A stretch of DNA of 64,000 bases from Azolla caroliniana. Its lineage: Eukaryota > Plantae > Polypodiophyta. Position numbers and translations under genes: made by a program. The notes beneath the pieces are model-generated. The model was given only the letters and a program-made list of their open reading frames with translations. It made no database searches and was not told the origin of the DNA. Of this stretch, positions 12,144-24,236 are shown in pieces. Position 1 is the first letter of the stretch. The number at the start of each line of letters is the position of its first letter. Where the stretch lies: positions 13,454,001 through 13,518,000 of the forward strand of contig JBHGNT010000006.1 in the NCBI GenBank assembly GCA_043228905.1, written 5' to 3'.

Positions 12144-12574
12144 TGTCATGAACAGTACTGAGACAGAGAAGGAATTAGTACTAAACGAAGGATTAGTACT
12201 ATGAGAGGTGTGGAACTTCTTCGAGAGAAGGAAGAAGTGAGCGAGACAGAGAGAAAGAGAGAGAGAGAGAGAGAGAGTGATGATAAGAAAGATATTTATT
12301 ATATGAAGAGAATATACAACGGTGGCTAAAAGGCTTAAGACTGGCGTTGAACCAATTTGGTTCAACATAATGCCTAATGCCCTCTTTTATAGTGTTTTCA
12401 GGAGTAATCCTGAAGCTTCTAGAATGTTCCAGAGAAATCTGGAATATACACTAATTCCTATAATAAAATGTAAATGAAAATAATATCCTACGTATTACAA
12501 TAGATGGTCTAATGGTCAAGAGCTCGACCCATATAACGTAAGGTCATGGGTTCGAGTCTTGCCATATCATGACA
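12144..12574 (-). repeat. 5' LTR (431 bp) of the complete chromovirus
   Basis: Direct repeat of 6891-7342 with TG...CA termini. Confidence 0.97.
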
Positions 12575-14938
12575 GTGGGGGCTAGATCCTTAGTTGTACC
12601 AACACCAAATACACCTCAGTAAGGATGCCAAACCAGTAGCACAACTGTGTTACCGGATGAACCCTATCTATGCGGCAAAGGTCAAAGAGGAAATTGACAA
12701 GTTGCTACAGGTAGACGGAGGCGAATACAACAGTAGGAAGCAGGAAAAAAGTACCCGACAGTCAGACAGAGCCGACGTTACCGGATAACGACAAACAAGT
12801 GGCCGGCAAACATAAATATGGGGAAAAACTGGGATACGGACTCGGTGCTTCCAGTTAACTAAAAACAATTAATAATAATAATAATAAAAGAGAAAGAAAG
12901 AAAAGTCATCATGCAGAGGTGAGGAGCGAATGAGCACTTTGAAAAGATGTGGTGGGTGGCTAATTAAAGCCTTTAAAAAAGGCGCACCATGTGTCAACTA
13001 ACTGATATATTAGTACAGGACGTGCATGCGTGGGAATCAAGAAAAGGCGTCACGCATGGAGAAAGAAAACATTTGCCGCGCAAAGTCCCTTTCATTTTGC
13101 GAACATAGAGATCTCAGCGTACACAGACGATTACGAGTGATCAGGTGAGAGCATGCAGAATACACAGGCACACCCATCTTACCACAACCTACCGACTCCA
13201 ACGACGACATGGACTGCATGGTACTCTCAGAAGCGGCTAAGAAATGGCTGAAGCAACACGGTGTAGAGGGATTCTTGCGAATAGTCAAAGCACCGCCGCA
13301 CGGAGATGCGGAAAATGTCGTTAAAAACATCGACACGAAGGTTATCACCAAGGAAGCCATCCGAGCCATCACCGGCCTATCGGAAGGGGGAATCTACTCG
13401 ATCGACAACCCTTCGCAGGAGCTGTTGACGAGATATTTTGGGGAATACTCCCTAGGCAGCAAGGCATACCGCACGCAAGGCGGTGAAGACCTTTTGTTTC
13501 GGGAAATTGCTCGGGTACTCCTCGAGTATGGCCATGTATACCCCCGAGCACCGGCGATGCCTAGGAATAGAGCTGGTTTGATGATAGCCACCTACGAGGG
13601 AGTACAGGTGGATTGGCCAGTAATGATTGCCAACGGCCTAAACGCTGCCATCATCTCAATAAAAGATGGCAAAAAGATGTGGACAACAATGGCGCAATGG
13701 CTCACACTATTAGCACCGCTAGTGGAGCCCATGAAACAAAGGAAGAGGGGAAGACCGACAAAATCGACCTCCAAAATAGTTTCAAAATGGCAACAACTCC
13801 TGGCTACCTAGGCGAAGGAACGGCCTAATCGGAAACGGGTGGTAGAGAACGAGACATTGGTAGACACCTTGAGGAGACCGTTGAAAATCAAGCCGCGCCT
13901 GTCGGAACAACAAGCAAAACAGCAACCGGAGAAAACGCAGGGGCAAGATCCCTTGGCAGCGTTAATCAACAACAAGACCCTGGAAGAAGATCAGCAAGAA
14001 GATGAGACAACCGAGACGCTGCTACGGCGTCATCACACAAGTGAAAAGGGCCATGAAGGGGGCGCATCCAGGCTAACGGAGGACAATATACGGGAACCCC
14101 TCCCTGAGGAGCCGCAACTGAGGAAGGCGGCAGAACTGGCTCAATAGGAATCGGGGACGGAGCAAGTGCGGCGGTAGGACATCGTGGAACCAACGGTCCA
14201 GGACACGGCAGTACCGGTGGACCAAGAACCGATCATTGAATTGTCGGTATCACCACCATTGCAGCAATAGCCAGAATCGGAGTGGTCATGTGACGTAACC
14301 ATCAATAGTAGGCTCCGGACCAGTGAAAACGCCATCCCACGACCAGACCCGACACGGCCAAAAGGCACCAGCAGTCGATGGCTCCGATGGGTAGCAGAAC
14401 AAGTGACTGGTGTTGTCTGCCAGTTAGAAGCGGAAGAGAAAGCACAGGAAGCCCGGTTGCTAGCCACAACCGAGGAATTAGAGATGTCCTGGTCAAGAAT
14501 CCGGAGCATGGAAGAAGACATAGAGAAGGCCAGAACAGAAATGGCCAAGTCGGTCATAGAAGGACCGCAACAATCGGAACCGGTGGCCCGGGTAACTCTA
14601 CAGAACGATCAAACCCTGGTGACAGCGGCAGGCCCAGATACTCCTAAATCGTCAACACAGGAGCTCGCCATGCTAAGGGAAGACTTGGCAGCACAAGAAG
14701 CCTTAAAAGCCAGGGAACAAGAATTGAAAAAAGCGGCGGAGGAGGAACAAACGAGAACGGCTGATAGCCTCCACCGAACAGAGGAAAGCTTGAGAAGAGG
14801 TCATCAAGCGTATGACCAGCTGAAAGAAGAGAAAGACAGAATTCTGCAAGAAAAAGAGAAACTCCGGAGGACAGCGGAAGTATAGATTCAGTGCCTCAAA
14901 GAAGAGCTCCGGCAACAAAATGACCGTGAGGATTGTGC

Positions 14939-16094
14939 TGTCGTGAAGATTTTCGGCAATGGTGTGAAAATGACGTAAAACGTACAAAATTGAGTATGAT
15001 TCATATAAAACAATAATAGTGAAGATACTAATTTTAAGTAAGTTTAATATCTTAGTACAAAAAGATAGAGGTCTTGAAGAGCTTTCGAATGCACTTTACT
15101 ACATAAGAAACGGACATCTAAGTGTCAACTTATGTGGGTAGGAAGTTTACAAAGACAAAGAGAAAAATAAAGTTGCGAGATATCCCACATAGACAGGAAA
15201 TAAGGATCTCACCATATATAAGGTAGAGCAAAATCTATTATCTTTGTGTCTATGTGTGGAGCATAGAGAGTTCAAGGTGACTTGAACTAAGCTATTGGAT
15301 GAATGGGCGTGGCCTGGCTACTTGCAAAGGTTTTGGCCAACCAAAACCGGACTGACGACGGAGCCAGTGAGCCGGCAACGTAACCGGAGACCGGACAGTA
15401 ACTGGCATCCATCGGCATCCAACGACGGAACCGGACAGTAACCAGCATCTAGCGACCAAACGGTAACTGGCATTCGACGATCGGACGATAACCGGGATGC
15501 GGCAATCGGCGGCTAGATGGATAAATAAATAAATATATATATATACATATACACAAGGAAGGGAAGTAAGGATTTAAACCTTGCACCTCCAAGTTGAGTG
15601 TCAATAGACTTACCACTAAGCCAACACATTTTCTTCGAATTATATTTTTATCATTGTAACTTTACATGTAAATTCTCATGTGTGAGAGCTTTGATGATAA
15701 CATGGCATGCATGCATTGCGTGCACGTCTTGCACCCTCACATGCACCATATGCATGGGGGCATCTATAAAAGAGTGGAGGAATCAAGCAAAAAGGGGATT
15801 TTTTGATCAAGCAAGCTTTGTACTTTATATCAAAATTAATATGAACAAGAAAATTCGTTATCCTTTTGAAGAAATCTTGTTTCTTAAATCTAAAAGTTAA
15901 AAGTTCAATCTTAATCTCTCTCTCCATTTCAATCTCTGTCAATCTAAAGTCAAGCGTTTAATCTCAATTTCTCTCTCTCTCAATCTATCTTAAATACTTT
16001 CTCGCTAAAGCTTGTGTGTACTTCGAGTCCTTCCGGTCCAGAACCCCGGCAGTTCGGCCTCACGATCTGCACGTAGTGACGGATCTTCACGACA
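14939..16094 (+). repeat. Solo LTR of the tRNA-Trp-primed (Phygy-like) gypsy group
   Basis: Terminal inverted repeats TGTCGTGAAGAT...ATCTTCACGACA, with the same 5' terminus as the LTR at 56189; TATA at ~15765; imperfect tandem repeats at ~15345-15515. The TSD is degenerate (GTGC/ACAC), but a 4-bp TSD restores the host frame. Confidence 0.85.
15562..15630 (-). other. tRNA-like A/B-box module in U3 of the Phygy-like LTR, antisense to the LTR
   Basis: - strand TGGCTTAGTGG (15613-15623) with D-stem GCTT/AAGT, and GGTTTAAATCC (15570-15580) in a T-like stem; homolog at ~26531-26597. Confidence 0.6.
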
Positions 16095-17334
16095 ACACTC
16101 GTCGGCTTATCAATCAAAAGCGCAAACAAAAAACCGACGACTTCGACCGATTGCACCGGGATTATAAGCATTTGGATGCTGATCCTAAGAAATTGATTAC
16201 CGAAAGTGACCGACGGCAGGAAAAGTGCAAAGAACTCTGAGAGGAACTTAACCGGTTGACGACGGCATTGATGGAAGAGTAGTTGAAGGGAGCCAAACAA
16301 TCGAAACAACTGGCGGCAACAACGAAAGAGCGACTAGACCTACAAGTGCAGCACCATGCGGAAACGGAGCGCGCTACAATGACTCTGAATAGAGTTCAGA
16401 CGACATATCAGACCCAACTCATGCACTATAGAAGCCAAGAAGTGGGAACCACAAACCTGATCAAACAATTGAAGGATGAAAAATAGGCCACGGAAAACAA
16501 GTTGAAGATGGGGCTAGGGCGGATCCGAGACATCGTACTGGCATGGAGGAATCGAACGAAGCAATTGGTGGAAGAAAGCTCAGTACAATTGTTGCGGGCA
16601 GATGCGGAGAACCGGCGGAAAGAGGGTGACAAAGTTTACATCTTGGATAAAGAAAGCATTGAAGCAATAAAAGAGGAACTAGCGGATTATTTCATATCCT
16701 TGGCTGATGAGCAGAGGGTGGCGATACGCCAGTTGGTGGCTAAACTGGATGATGACCAGTTGGAAAACCAACTCTGTTTCGAAAAGTACAAACGGGAACG
16801 ATGACGGTAAGAAGTGGCCAAGAGAACTGCAACGATTAGCATTAGTTACGAGGAGCCATCTTCAGAACAAACGCCGGTTAAAGCCGGGGGAAGCCAACCA
16901 GAGAGTACTCAAGAGGAGCCACTAGAGGAAGGTCATCCGCAGGAACTGGGGCATGCCGGACAATAGGAACTGGTTGAGCTGGAAAAGGAGGAAGAGCCGG
17001 TAAGACCAGTCGAGCCAGAAATAGAGGCAGAGCTGGTCAGACCGGCGGAGCTGCAGGCAACAGACGTCAACCAGCATTAGCCTCCGTTGGCGCCGAAGCG
17101 GAAAGAAGAGCAGCCACAACCGCAAGAACAGTAGGATGAGGAACAACAACAACAATAGACGACAGAACAGCTTCCCGAGGAAACATTAGAACGCTTAGAT
17201 CAAAGCATTTTGGACATTTTGGAGGATAAATGAAGGCCAAATCGTGGGATTCGACGTACAAGGTACTGTCCCACAGGCGTGCCATGTGTTAGCCGGCCGG
17301 CAAGGGAAGTCCAGAATGGGAAAAGGGGGATAAT

Positions 17335-17804
17335 TAATATCCGGGAGCTAATTAGTTATAGTGTTACAATATAGAATTATTATGATTTTGAGAAGCGAAT
17401 GGACGGACCTGGAATCGGTATGCCGATCCGGATCCATACCGGTTCGTAACCGGTTGCCGGTTGGCACTGGTTTGTACCTAAAGCCGGAGACCTATAAAAG
17501 AGCCCAAGTTAGATTGTAATCATTAGTGGATAATTAATAGAGTGCTATTGTTCTGTATCTTAGTCATTGTTAATTACCGTTCTGTGTTAAGTGTAATTTA
17601 TCCTACGCGTGTATTGTGACTAAGGATATTGCCGCTAGTAACCAATTAGGGTTCCATTCATAGTCGGTCTAACTCTATCTCACCGCAACACCCTTTGGTG
17701 AAGTGTCTCAAAGGGACACCTTGTGTTAGGCCATTGTCTGGCCCTAGCGATAACACTGGATATTGGCGATGAAATTCAGCTAGACTAGGTCGGAGGTGTT
17801 GTCA
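17335..17804 (+). repeat. Probable 3' LTR of the + strand gypsy (ends approximate)
   Basis: Follows the PPT, has CTATAAAAG at ~17492 and ends ...GTTGTCA where chromovirus integrase sequence resumes. No second copy in the window. Confidence 0.55.
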
Positions 17805-20800
17805 AGGTGTAGTTGCATGTGTGGGGGCAAATCAAGGTGGAATGCAACATCATTGATTTGATGAGAGATGATAAATGGACCAAGTCATTGATAATCCAAC
17901 TTATCACAAGGTCTAGTGGTCTTCACATTACGTCGTAATTGACGGGAACTAAACGCTCCTTATGCGCAACGCTCGGCCACAACCGAGCTTAGAATCATAC
18001 ACAAAAAAACAGGAATGAATGCACGACACAATGAAGAGAAGAGTACATAGGATGTTTACGTGGAAAACCCAAACTAGGGAAAAAACCACGGTAGCCCACA
18101 GGCTGCAAACTATCACTATGTTACAGTGTACAACAGTAAAGCACCAAGGCAACAACCTCGAGCTTTCTATCTTCGCCACAGGCGGCGGTTACAACAGAGG
18201 CAACGACCTCTTCCTCTCTCTCTCTCTCTCTGTACACAGTTACGCGCTCTGATCTTGCACACACAAGAATGACAACAACCGCTCTGCCTCAAAAGTTTTC
18301 CCTATGTCATATTTATACTAATATGACTTTTCGGCTATTTACAAATATAGCCACGATGGACTCTCAGAAACATATTTACGAATATGTCTCTTCATCCGAA
18401 GAGAGCTCCTCACCGGGCCTGCATCATCCGGATCTTGCCGGGCACTTATCATTCGGTTCTCACCGGGTCTGCACCATCCGGCTCTCCGTAGTCGGGTACT
18501 CCTCATCCGGTTCTCACCGGGTCTTCACCATCCAGCTCTCCGTAGCCAGGTACTCGTCATCCGGTTTCGGCCTCGGCCGAGTTTGCTCATCAGCACTATT
18601 CTTCTCCCTTCCCATCCGGAGGGACCTGTCTCCCAACAGTAATAGCCATTCATGATCCCCAATTCGAAATTTTGGTTCCTCTGGTGAGGAGTCAAGACGA
18701 TGAAGATCTGCAACTTTCTTGTGTGTGGCTTGAGCCGTATGCTTATGGTGAGAAAGTGCAACATGAACTTCTTGGAGTTGGCGTGGACAATCCTCAACGG
18801 CAAGATTTTTCGAGATTTCTGGATGTTCGATCATCATTCAATGGGGATGATATCCTATGTTTGCAAAAAATGGAGTATATCTTGTTGAGGAATGAACCGA
18901 ATTATTGTATACAAACTCTGCAAAGTGTAAAAAATCCACCCAATCATCCTATTGATAATTGATGAAACATTGAAGATATTGTTCTAGAGTTCAATTTGTG
19001 TGTTCGGTTTGACCGTCACTTTGTGGATGATAGCTTGAAGAAAGTTTACAAGAGACTTTGAGCATCTCAAGCAAGTGTTTCCAAAATTTTGAGATGAATT
19101 GTGGGCCAGGATTACTAATGATGTCATTTGGAAGACCATGAAGCCGGAATACTTCTTTCATAATGATGTCTGCAGTTTCTTTATTGTTGATAGTTTTCGT
19201 GCATGGAAGAAAATGCGCCATCTTTGTGAATCGATCTACTATAGTGAGGATAGCATCAAAACTCTTTGAAAGTGGAAGATTTGTAATAAACGCCACAAAG
19301 ATGGATTTCCATGGACCAGTATGGCTGTAATAACCCATATGGTTGATGTCGCAGAATCTTTGACCGACAACACATGTCACAAGTACGAAGATAATCCTCA
19401 ACAAACTCCCGAAGATGAGGTCACCAATAGTTTTGAGAAACTAGCTCCAAAGTTTTGTGGATTCCAAAGTGTCCAACCATTGGGTTGTCATGACAATATT
19501 ACATTACTTGGAGTCGAGACGAACCATTGGGGACATACAAAAGAGTGTTACGAAAAAGTAACCCATTTTTCCATTGAAATTGGTTATAATCTTTACAAGG
19601 ATACTTGGATTTTGAAGAAGACACACGATCTGAATTGATATGATTCAATACATCTTGAGCAAATTCATCAGAAATGATACCTATTCAGATTGAATCAAGG
19701 ATCCTCGAAGCTTCAGGTGCTTCAGAGGCATTAATAGTCAATAGTCATAACTGATCAAGCCCCAAGATGACTTGCTTTTGATGATCAAATGTGGGCTCAC
19801 CTAGTTGTGGCGCCAAATAAGATCGTCTTGATAGAGAGCCTCCCTTTCCTTGTTGTACACCAGGGCGATATGTGATGAGGAAGTCAAAACGCATCAGGAA
19901 TTGTGCCCAACGAGCTTGGCGTCGAATCAAGACTCTAGCATTTTGAAAGAATGTGAGGTTTTTATGATCATTGTAAACAATGATTTGGTGGGGAGAACCT
20001 TCTAAGAGATGTCTCCATTGTTCAAACGAGTCTATAATGGCCAGGAGCTCTTTGTCGTGAATCTCATAATTGATCTCTACAACTTCAATTTTTTGCGTGC
20101 ATGGAAAGCAATTGGATGCAACTTTCCATCATCTCCAACTTGCGACAAGATACTGCCTAGTGCAAAATCAAACGCATCCGCCGCGATGATAAAGGGTTTT
20201 TCTAGGTCAGCATGAAGTAGAAGAGGAGTAGAAGTGAACGCTCTCTTTAAGTTTTCAAAAGCTTTGGATACACTAGAACTCCATGTGAACGATTTGTTCT
20301 TTCGTGTAAGCGCTCCGTGAGAGGCATCACAATGTTTGAGTAGTTCTTGATAAATTTACGATAAAAATTGGCAAATCCTAAGAAACACTGAACATCATGC
20401 ACTGAGAGAGGTGTTTCCTAGTTTAGAATTGTCTGCATCTTTGATGGATCCATAGATATACCTTGTTGGGAGACCATATACCCTAGAAACTCCACGTGGT
20501 TTTGATCAAAGTTACATTTCTCGAGTTTGGCATAGAGCCCATATTCTCGTAAGCGTTGGAGGACTTGGCGGACATGTGTGTCATGCTCTTCTTGACTTTT
20601 TGAGTAGATCAAGATGGCATCAAGATATACTATGGTAAATGAATCCAAGAAGTCACGAAAAATATCATTTGCCATGTGTTGAAAAAAGGCGGGTGAATTC
20701 GTGACACCAAAAGGCATAACCGTGTACTCAAAATGTCTGTATCGAGTACGGAATGTTGTCTTCTATTCGTCTCTTGGACGTATCCTAACAAGGTTATATG

Positions 20801-23333
20801 CGCCTCGAAGGTCTAGCTTTGTGAAAACTTTAGCTCCACTAAGACTCTCTAGTAAACTCGATATCAAGGGTAGAGCATATCTATTTCGAACTGTGATTTT
20901 GTTTAAACCTCGATAATCCACGACCAATCGTAAAGACCCATCTTTCTTCTTGACAAAGAAGATGGGTGCACCAACATGCCTTTTAGAATGTCGAATGAAT
21001 CCATTTGCTAAGTGCTCATCTATATAATCTTGAAGGGCCTTGAGTTCAGAAGGTGATAGATTATATATTAGGCCCCATAGTTGCTCTTTCCCAGGTTGTA
21101 GATCGATTAGACAATCATAAGGTCGATGGTCTGGAAGAGAACTAGCTTTAGTTTTGTTGAAGATGTCTTCAAAATCCAAGTACTTAGTAGGGAGGTGAGT
21201 ACATGCCCCTTGTGAACTAGAAGATGGATTTTCTGTTACTGCAAAGATAAACATTTCATTTGACCACCCATCTTCTCGTAAGTTTTGTAGAGATATGGGC
21301 GAGATTTGGTGAGGTTTTGAATCTTGGTTGGTAGTAACAAGGCTGTTGGATTCAGGTTTTTGCTGGAAATCATTGATTGCTCGATTTCTCCAATCAATTT
21401 CAGGATTATGAAGCTCAAACCAAGGCAAACCAAGGATAACTAGATGCTCAGGGCTACTAATTATATTGAAGGAAATCACACAAGCAAAGCTACCAAGGAC
21501 TACCCGAATTGGCTCAAATTCTTCGACTATATCCCTAGATGCAATAGGGCGACCATCAATGACTACAATGGATGCAGGACAAGGGAGGTTTCTCAATAGG
21601 ATTTTTTGGGATAAAGAAAATTGTTTGTCCATAAAACAAGAGTTGGCTCTTGAATCTAAGAGAGCAGATGCAAGAACTCGATTACACCTAGAAGTGTTAA
21701 GCTCAACTTGTGCTGAAAAAACTTTGCTAACATAATTCGATAACATGGAACCACTACTTGGGGCTGACTTTACGTATTCTGGTTTGTCCAACCAAATGGC
21801 TCCGATTTTGATTGCACTTATTCGTTTAATATTTCATTAAGCTGACTCAAGACCTCAAAACTATTGGAACGGCCTAGACATGTGGGGCTACTAGGGATAG
21901 ATGATCTAACTGGGGAATTGGAATTAAGTTTCTCACTAGTATTTACTTGATTTACTTCTCGTTTTGGGCTATGTGGGCAGATGATTGCTATGTGTCATGA
22001 ACCACCACAATACAAACATAGACGGTTTTCTCGGTGTCGTTGCTTCTCAGCTTCAAACAAAGGTCCCCCATGATGTGTTACATCGATCTTCATCGGACTT
22101 GGACCACTTGATGGAATCATGTGTGAAGTTTGGATAGTGCTCGTAGGTGTCGAGGCCTTTACTGAAGCATATGTTTGATCCGTTCTTGGTCGTGACATTA
22201 TTGACGTTCTGAACGTCGCTCGAATAAGCGATTGTCACATCACACTACACGACTTATTGCTTCTGTAGCTAATCTTGGATCTTTGTGGAAAGTTAATAAC
22301 AAATCTTTTACATCATTTCGTAGTCCATAGCGAAATTGATCCACTTCTTCATCCCATGGAATATCACAAGCTAGGAGGTGGAAATCTGCGATGTAAGGGA
22401 GGTGGGACGATCCCCTTGACGCAATCTTCGAATTTTATTGATCGTTGTTCTAACACTATCAGTGTCTCCAAATTTTGCTTGAAATTCTTTAATAAAACCT
22501 TCAAAGTGTTGGAGGAGAGGAGATTTCTTTTCTAGCAGTGGTGCAAACCATGCTAATGTCGTTCCTATTAAGAGGGTTCCTACTAGTCCAACTCGAGTTG
22601 TATCGGTTGGGTATCTATTAGGATGCATATGAATTACTAAACTCACGTGGTTTAGAAATCCTCGAAATTGTGATCGATTACCATCGAACTTCCTGGGCAA
22701 ACAAATCTTTGGTTCTTTGGGAGAGCTTTGTTGCATCGAAGCTTGTTTCGAGTTGCAATACACATGTTGATAACTCGTCATATTTTTGCGCCTTTTCTAT
22801 GCTTACTTGTTGTAAATCTCCAAGCAATCGTTGATTCTCTTGCTCTAGAGCCAGAAACTTATTTGTGAGATGCTCAAGCTCTGAGATGACTCAACCATAC
22901 TCTTGCTTGCTAATGGACTCCATGACGATGATAACGCTTGATAGGATTCTCAAGAAAAAGAAGGAAAGAAGAGAGAGAGAGAGTGAAATTGAGAGGATAT
23001 TCTAGTTCAAACTGTCAAGGCCCTAGCTTGACAAAAGAAGATTGAACAAGAGAGGAAAAGAAAGACACCAAAATGAGAGGGAAAAAGTTATTCATTACAT
23101 ACCCCATAGGGGGTTTATATAATACATCCAATGTATGTAATGGTTCCATGACCGTTATAAATAAGACCATTACGCATTCTTGTACACATGCTCATAGTTG
23201 TGCATGTGTCCATACACATACTCATCCTTACACACTCATTTACTTTACACATACACATCAATCACATCATTACACATACCCTTATGCCTCCCCATATATT
23301 CTTACGGGTAACAACTTCATGGGGTTTCATCTA
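17805..23333 (-). mobile_element. Older, degenerate Tcn1-like chromovirus (gag-PR-RT-RH-IN) with probable 5' LTR from 23013
   Basis: ORF fragments 22371-22781 (gag), 20763-21791 (PR/RT), 20418-20717 (RT, YLDA) and 18991-19404 (IN) are homologous to the complete copy; GTTCAAAC|TGTCA boundary at 23013; right end approximate. Confidence 0.85.
17940..18638 (-). repeat. Copia solo LTR
   Basis: TGACGGG...TCCCAACA flanked by a perfect 5-bp TSD GTAAT; related to LTRs 26664-27250 and 31351-31958; interrupts integrase RIGDHEWLL|RRNVK. Confidence 0.93.
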
Positions 23334-24236
23334 CTCATGATTGTCGGTGTTTTATTTGACCTTGTAAACCCATTTGTATCCGATCGGATTCACTCCCTTC
23401 GGAACTTCAATGAAATTGCATGTCTCGTTTTCCATGAACGCATGCATCTCTTCCTCCTTGGCCTTTTGCCAATTTGGATCCTTAGCCGCTTTTGCGTACT
23501 CTCCGGATCACGCACGCATGTACACATAATGATGTGCCATATACTCATTATAGCCATACCAGATCATGGGACTCTTTTAGCGGGTGGATCGCCGCAACTC
23601 CTGGTTCGCCGATTTCTTGACCTTCGAGGCCGATTTTAACCTCTTCTTCAGAGGTCCATCTTCTTGCTTCCCGGAGTCAGATTCGCTCTGATCCAACTCT
23701 TCCCTGCCAGTGTCATAATCCGACATCTTCTTCTTCCTCGTTTCTTTGTGTGTGAACCGTCTCCTTGGTTCCTTATGCGGGGAAAGCACGATCGAGTCTT
23801 AACTATTTGCTGGCTCGTCATCCTATTGACCGGTCCGGCTCAACTAGTCCGGATTTAGTCCACTGATCCAGAGAAAAGTAGGACTATCGGACTATTCGGA
23901 TTCCGCTATGCTTCTCTCTGTTCCGGATTCATTGCCTCATCCGCAACAATCGGCTTGGGTTCGGGTGATGAGAAGTACAAGGATGTTGATTCGTCATAAA
24001 TGACATCACGACTAACTCGAACTTGCTTCGAGCGGGGGTTGTAGCACTTGTACCCCTTATGCTCGTCGGAGTAGCCAACCAAGATGCACTTCTCAGATTT
24101 TGCATCAAGTTTCTTCCGCTTCTCATCTAGCACATGAGGCAATGTTGCCGAATACCCGAAGATGCACCAAATTCGGCTTCCGCTCGAAATACAGTTCATG
24201 GAGTGACACCTTCGTCCCTGAGGCAAATATCCGATT
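23334..24236 (-). mobile_element. Ty1/copia fragment (integrase C-terminus to RT start)
   Basis: KLDAKSEKCILVGYSDEHKGYKCYNP; related to the copia at 45901-51534. Confidence 0.8.

Larger units (their letters stand above)
6891..12574 (-). mobile_element. Structurally complete Tcn1-like chromovirus (Ty3/gypsy) LTR retrotransposon
   Basis: Two near-identical LTRs; TSD GCGGG/GTGGG, whose removal restores the host frame GAC ATG CGG GGG CTA GAT; domain order gag-PR-RT-RH-IN-chromodomain; PPT and self-priming-type PBS. Confidence 0.97.
13150..17233 (+). pseudogene. Long accessory ORF downstream of pol in the + strand gypsy (globular N-terminal domain, low-complexity linker, coiled coil), broken by stops and a solo LTR
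   Basis: Collinear ORF fragments 13209-13811, 13839-14147, 14403-14885 and ~16100-16804 lie between the pol remnant and the PPT; E/K/Q/R-rich heptad-like segments. Confidence 0.7.
5340..17804 (+). mobile_element. Degenerate non-chromovirus Ty3/gypsy element (5'-truncated, most of pol deleted, long 3' accessory ORF); host to two insertions
   Basis: CCHC knuckle CYYCRQEGHYNNQC (~5655-5700); protease IVDGGSGVN (~6140); RT start SYEDMR|GLDP split by the 6891-12574 insertion; RT homology stops at ~12712; PPT GGGAAAAGGGGGA at ~17318-17330 followed by an LTR-like region. Confidence 0.8.

Noticed and set aside
15345-15515. CRISPR-like or regularly spaced repeat array
   Set aside because: Imperfect head-to-tail repeats inside an LTR with no unique spacers and no cas genes; eukaryotic TE context.
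13150-17233. Retroviral-type envelope gene
   Set aside because: No signal peptide or transmembrane segment is visible in the remnants; recorded as an accessory ORF only.
22997-23055. Self-primer/PBS pair in the older chromovirus
   Set aside because: The PBS-like TTGAACTAGAAT is present, but no convincing complement was found at the expected distance from a TATA box in the adjacent putative LTR.
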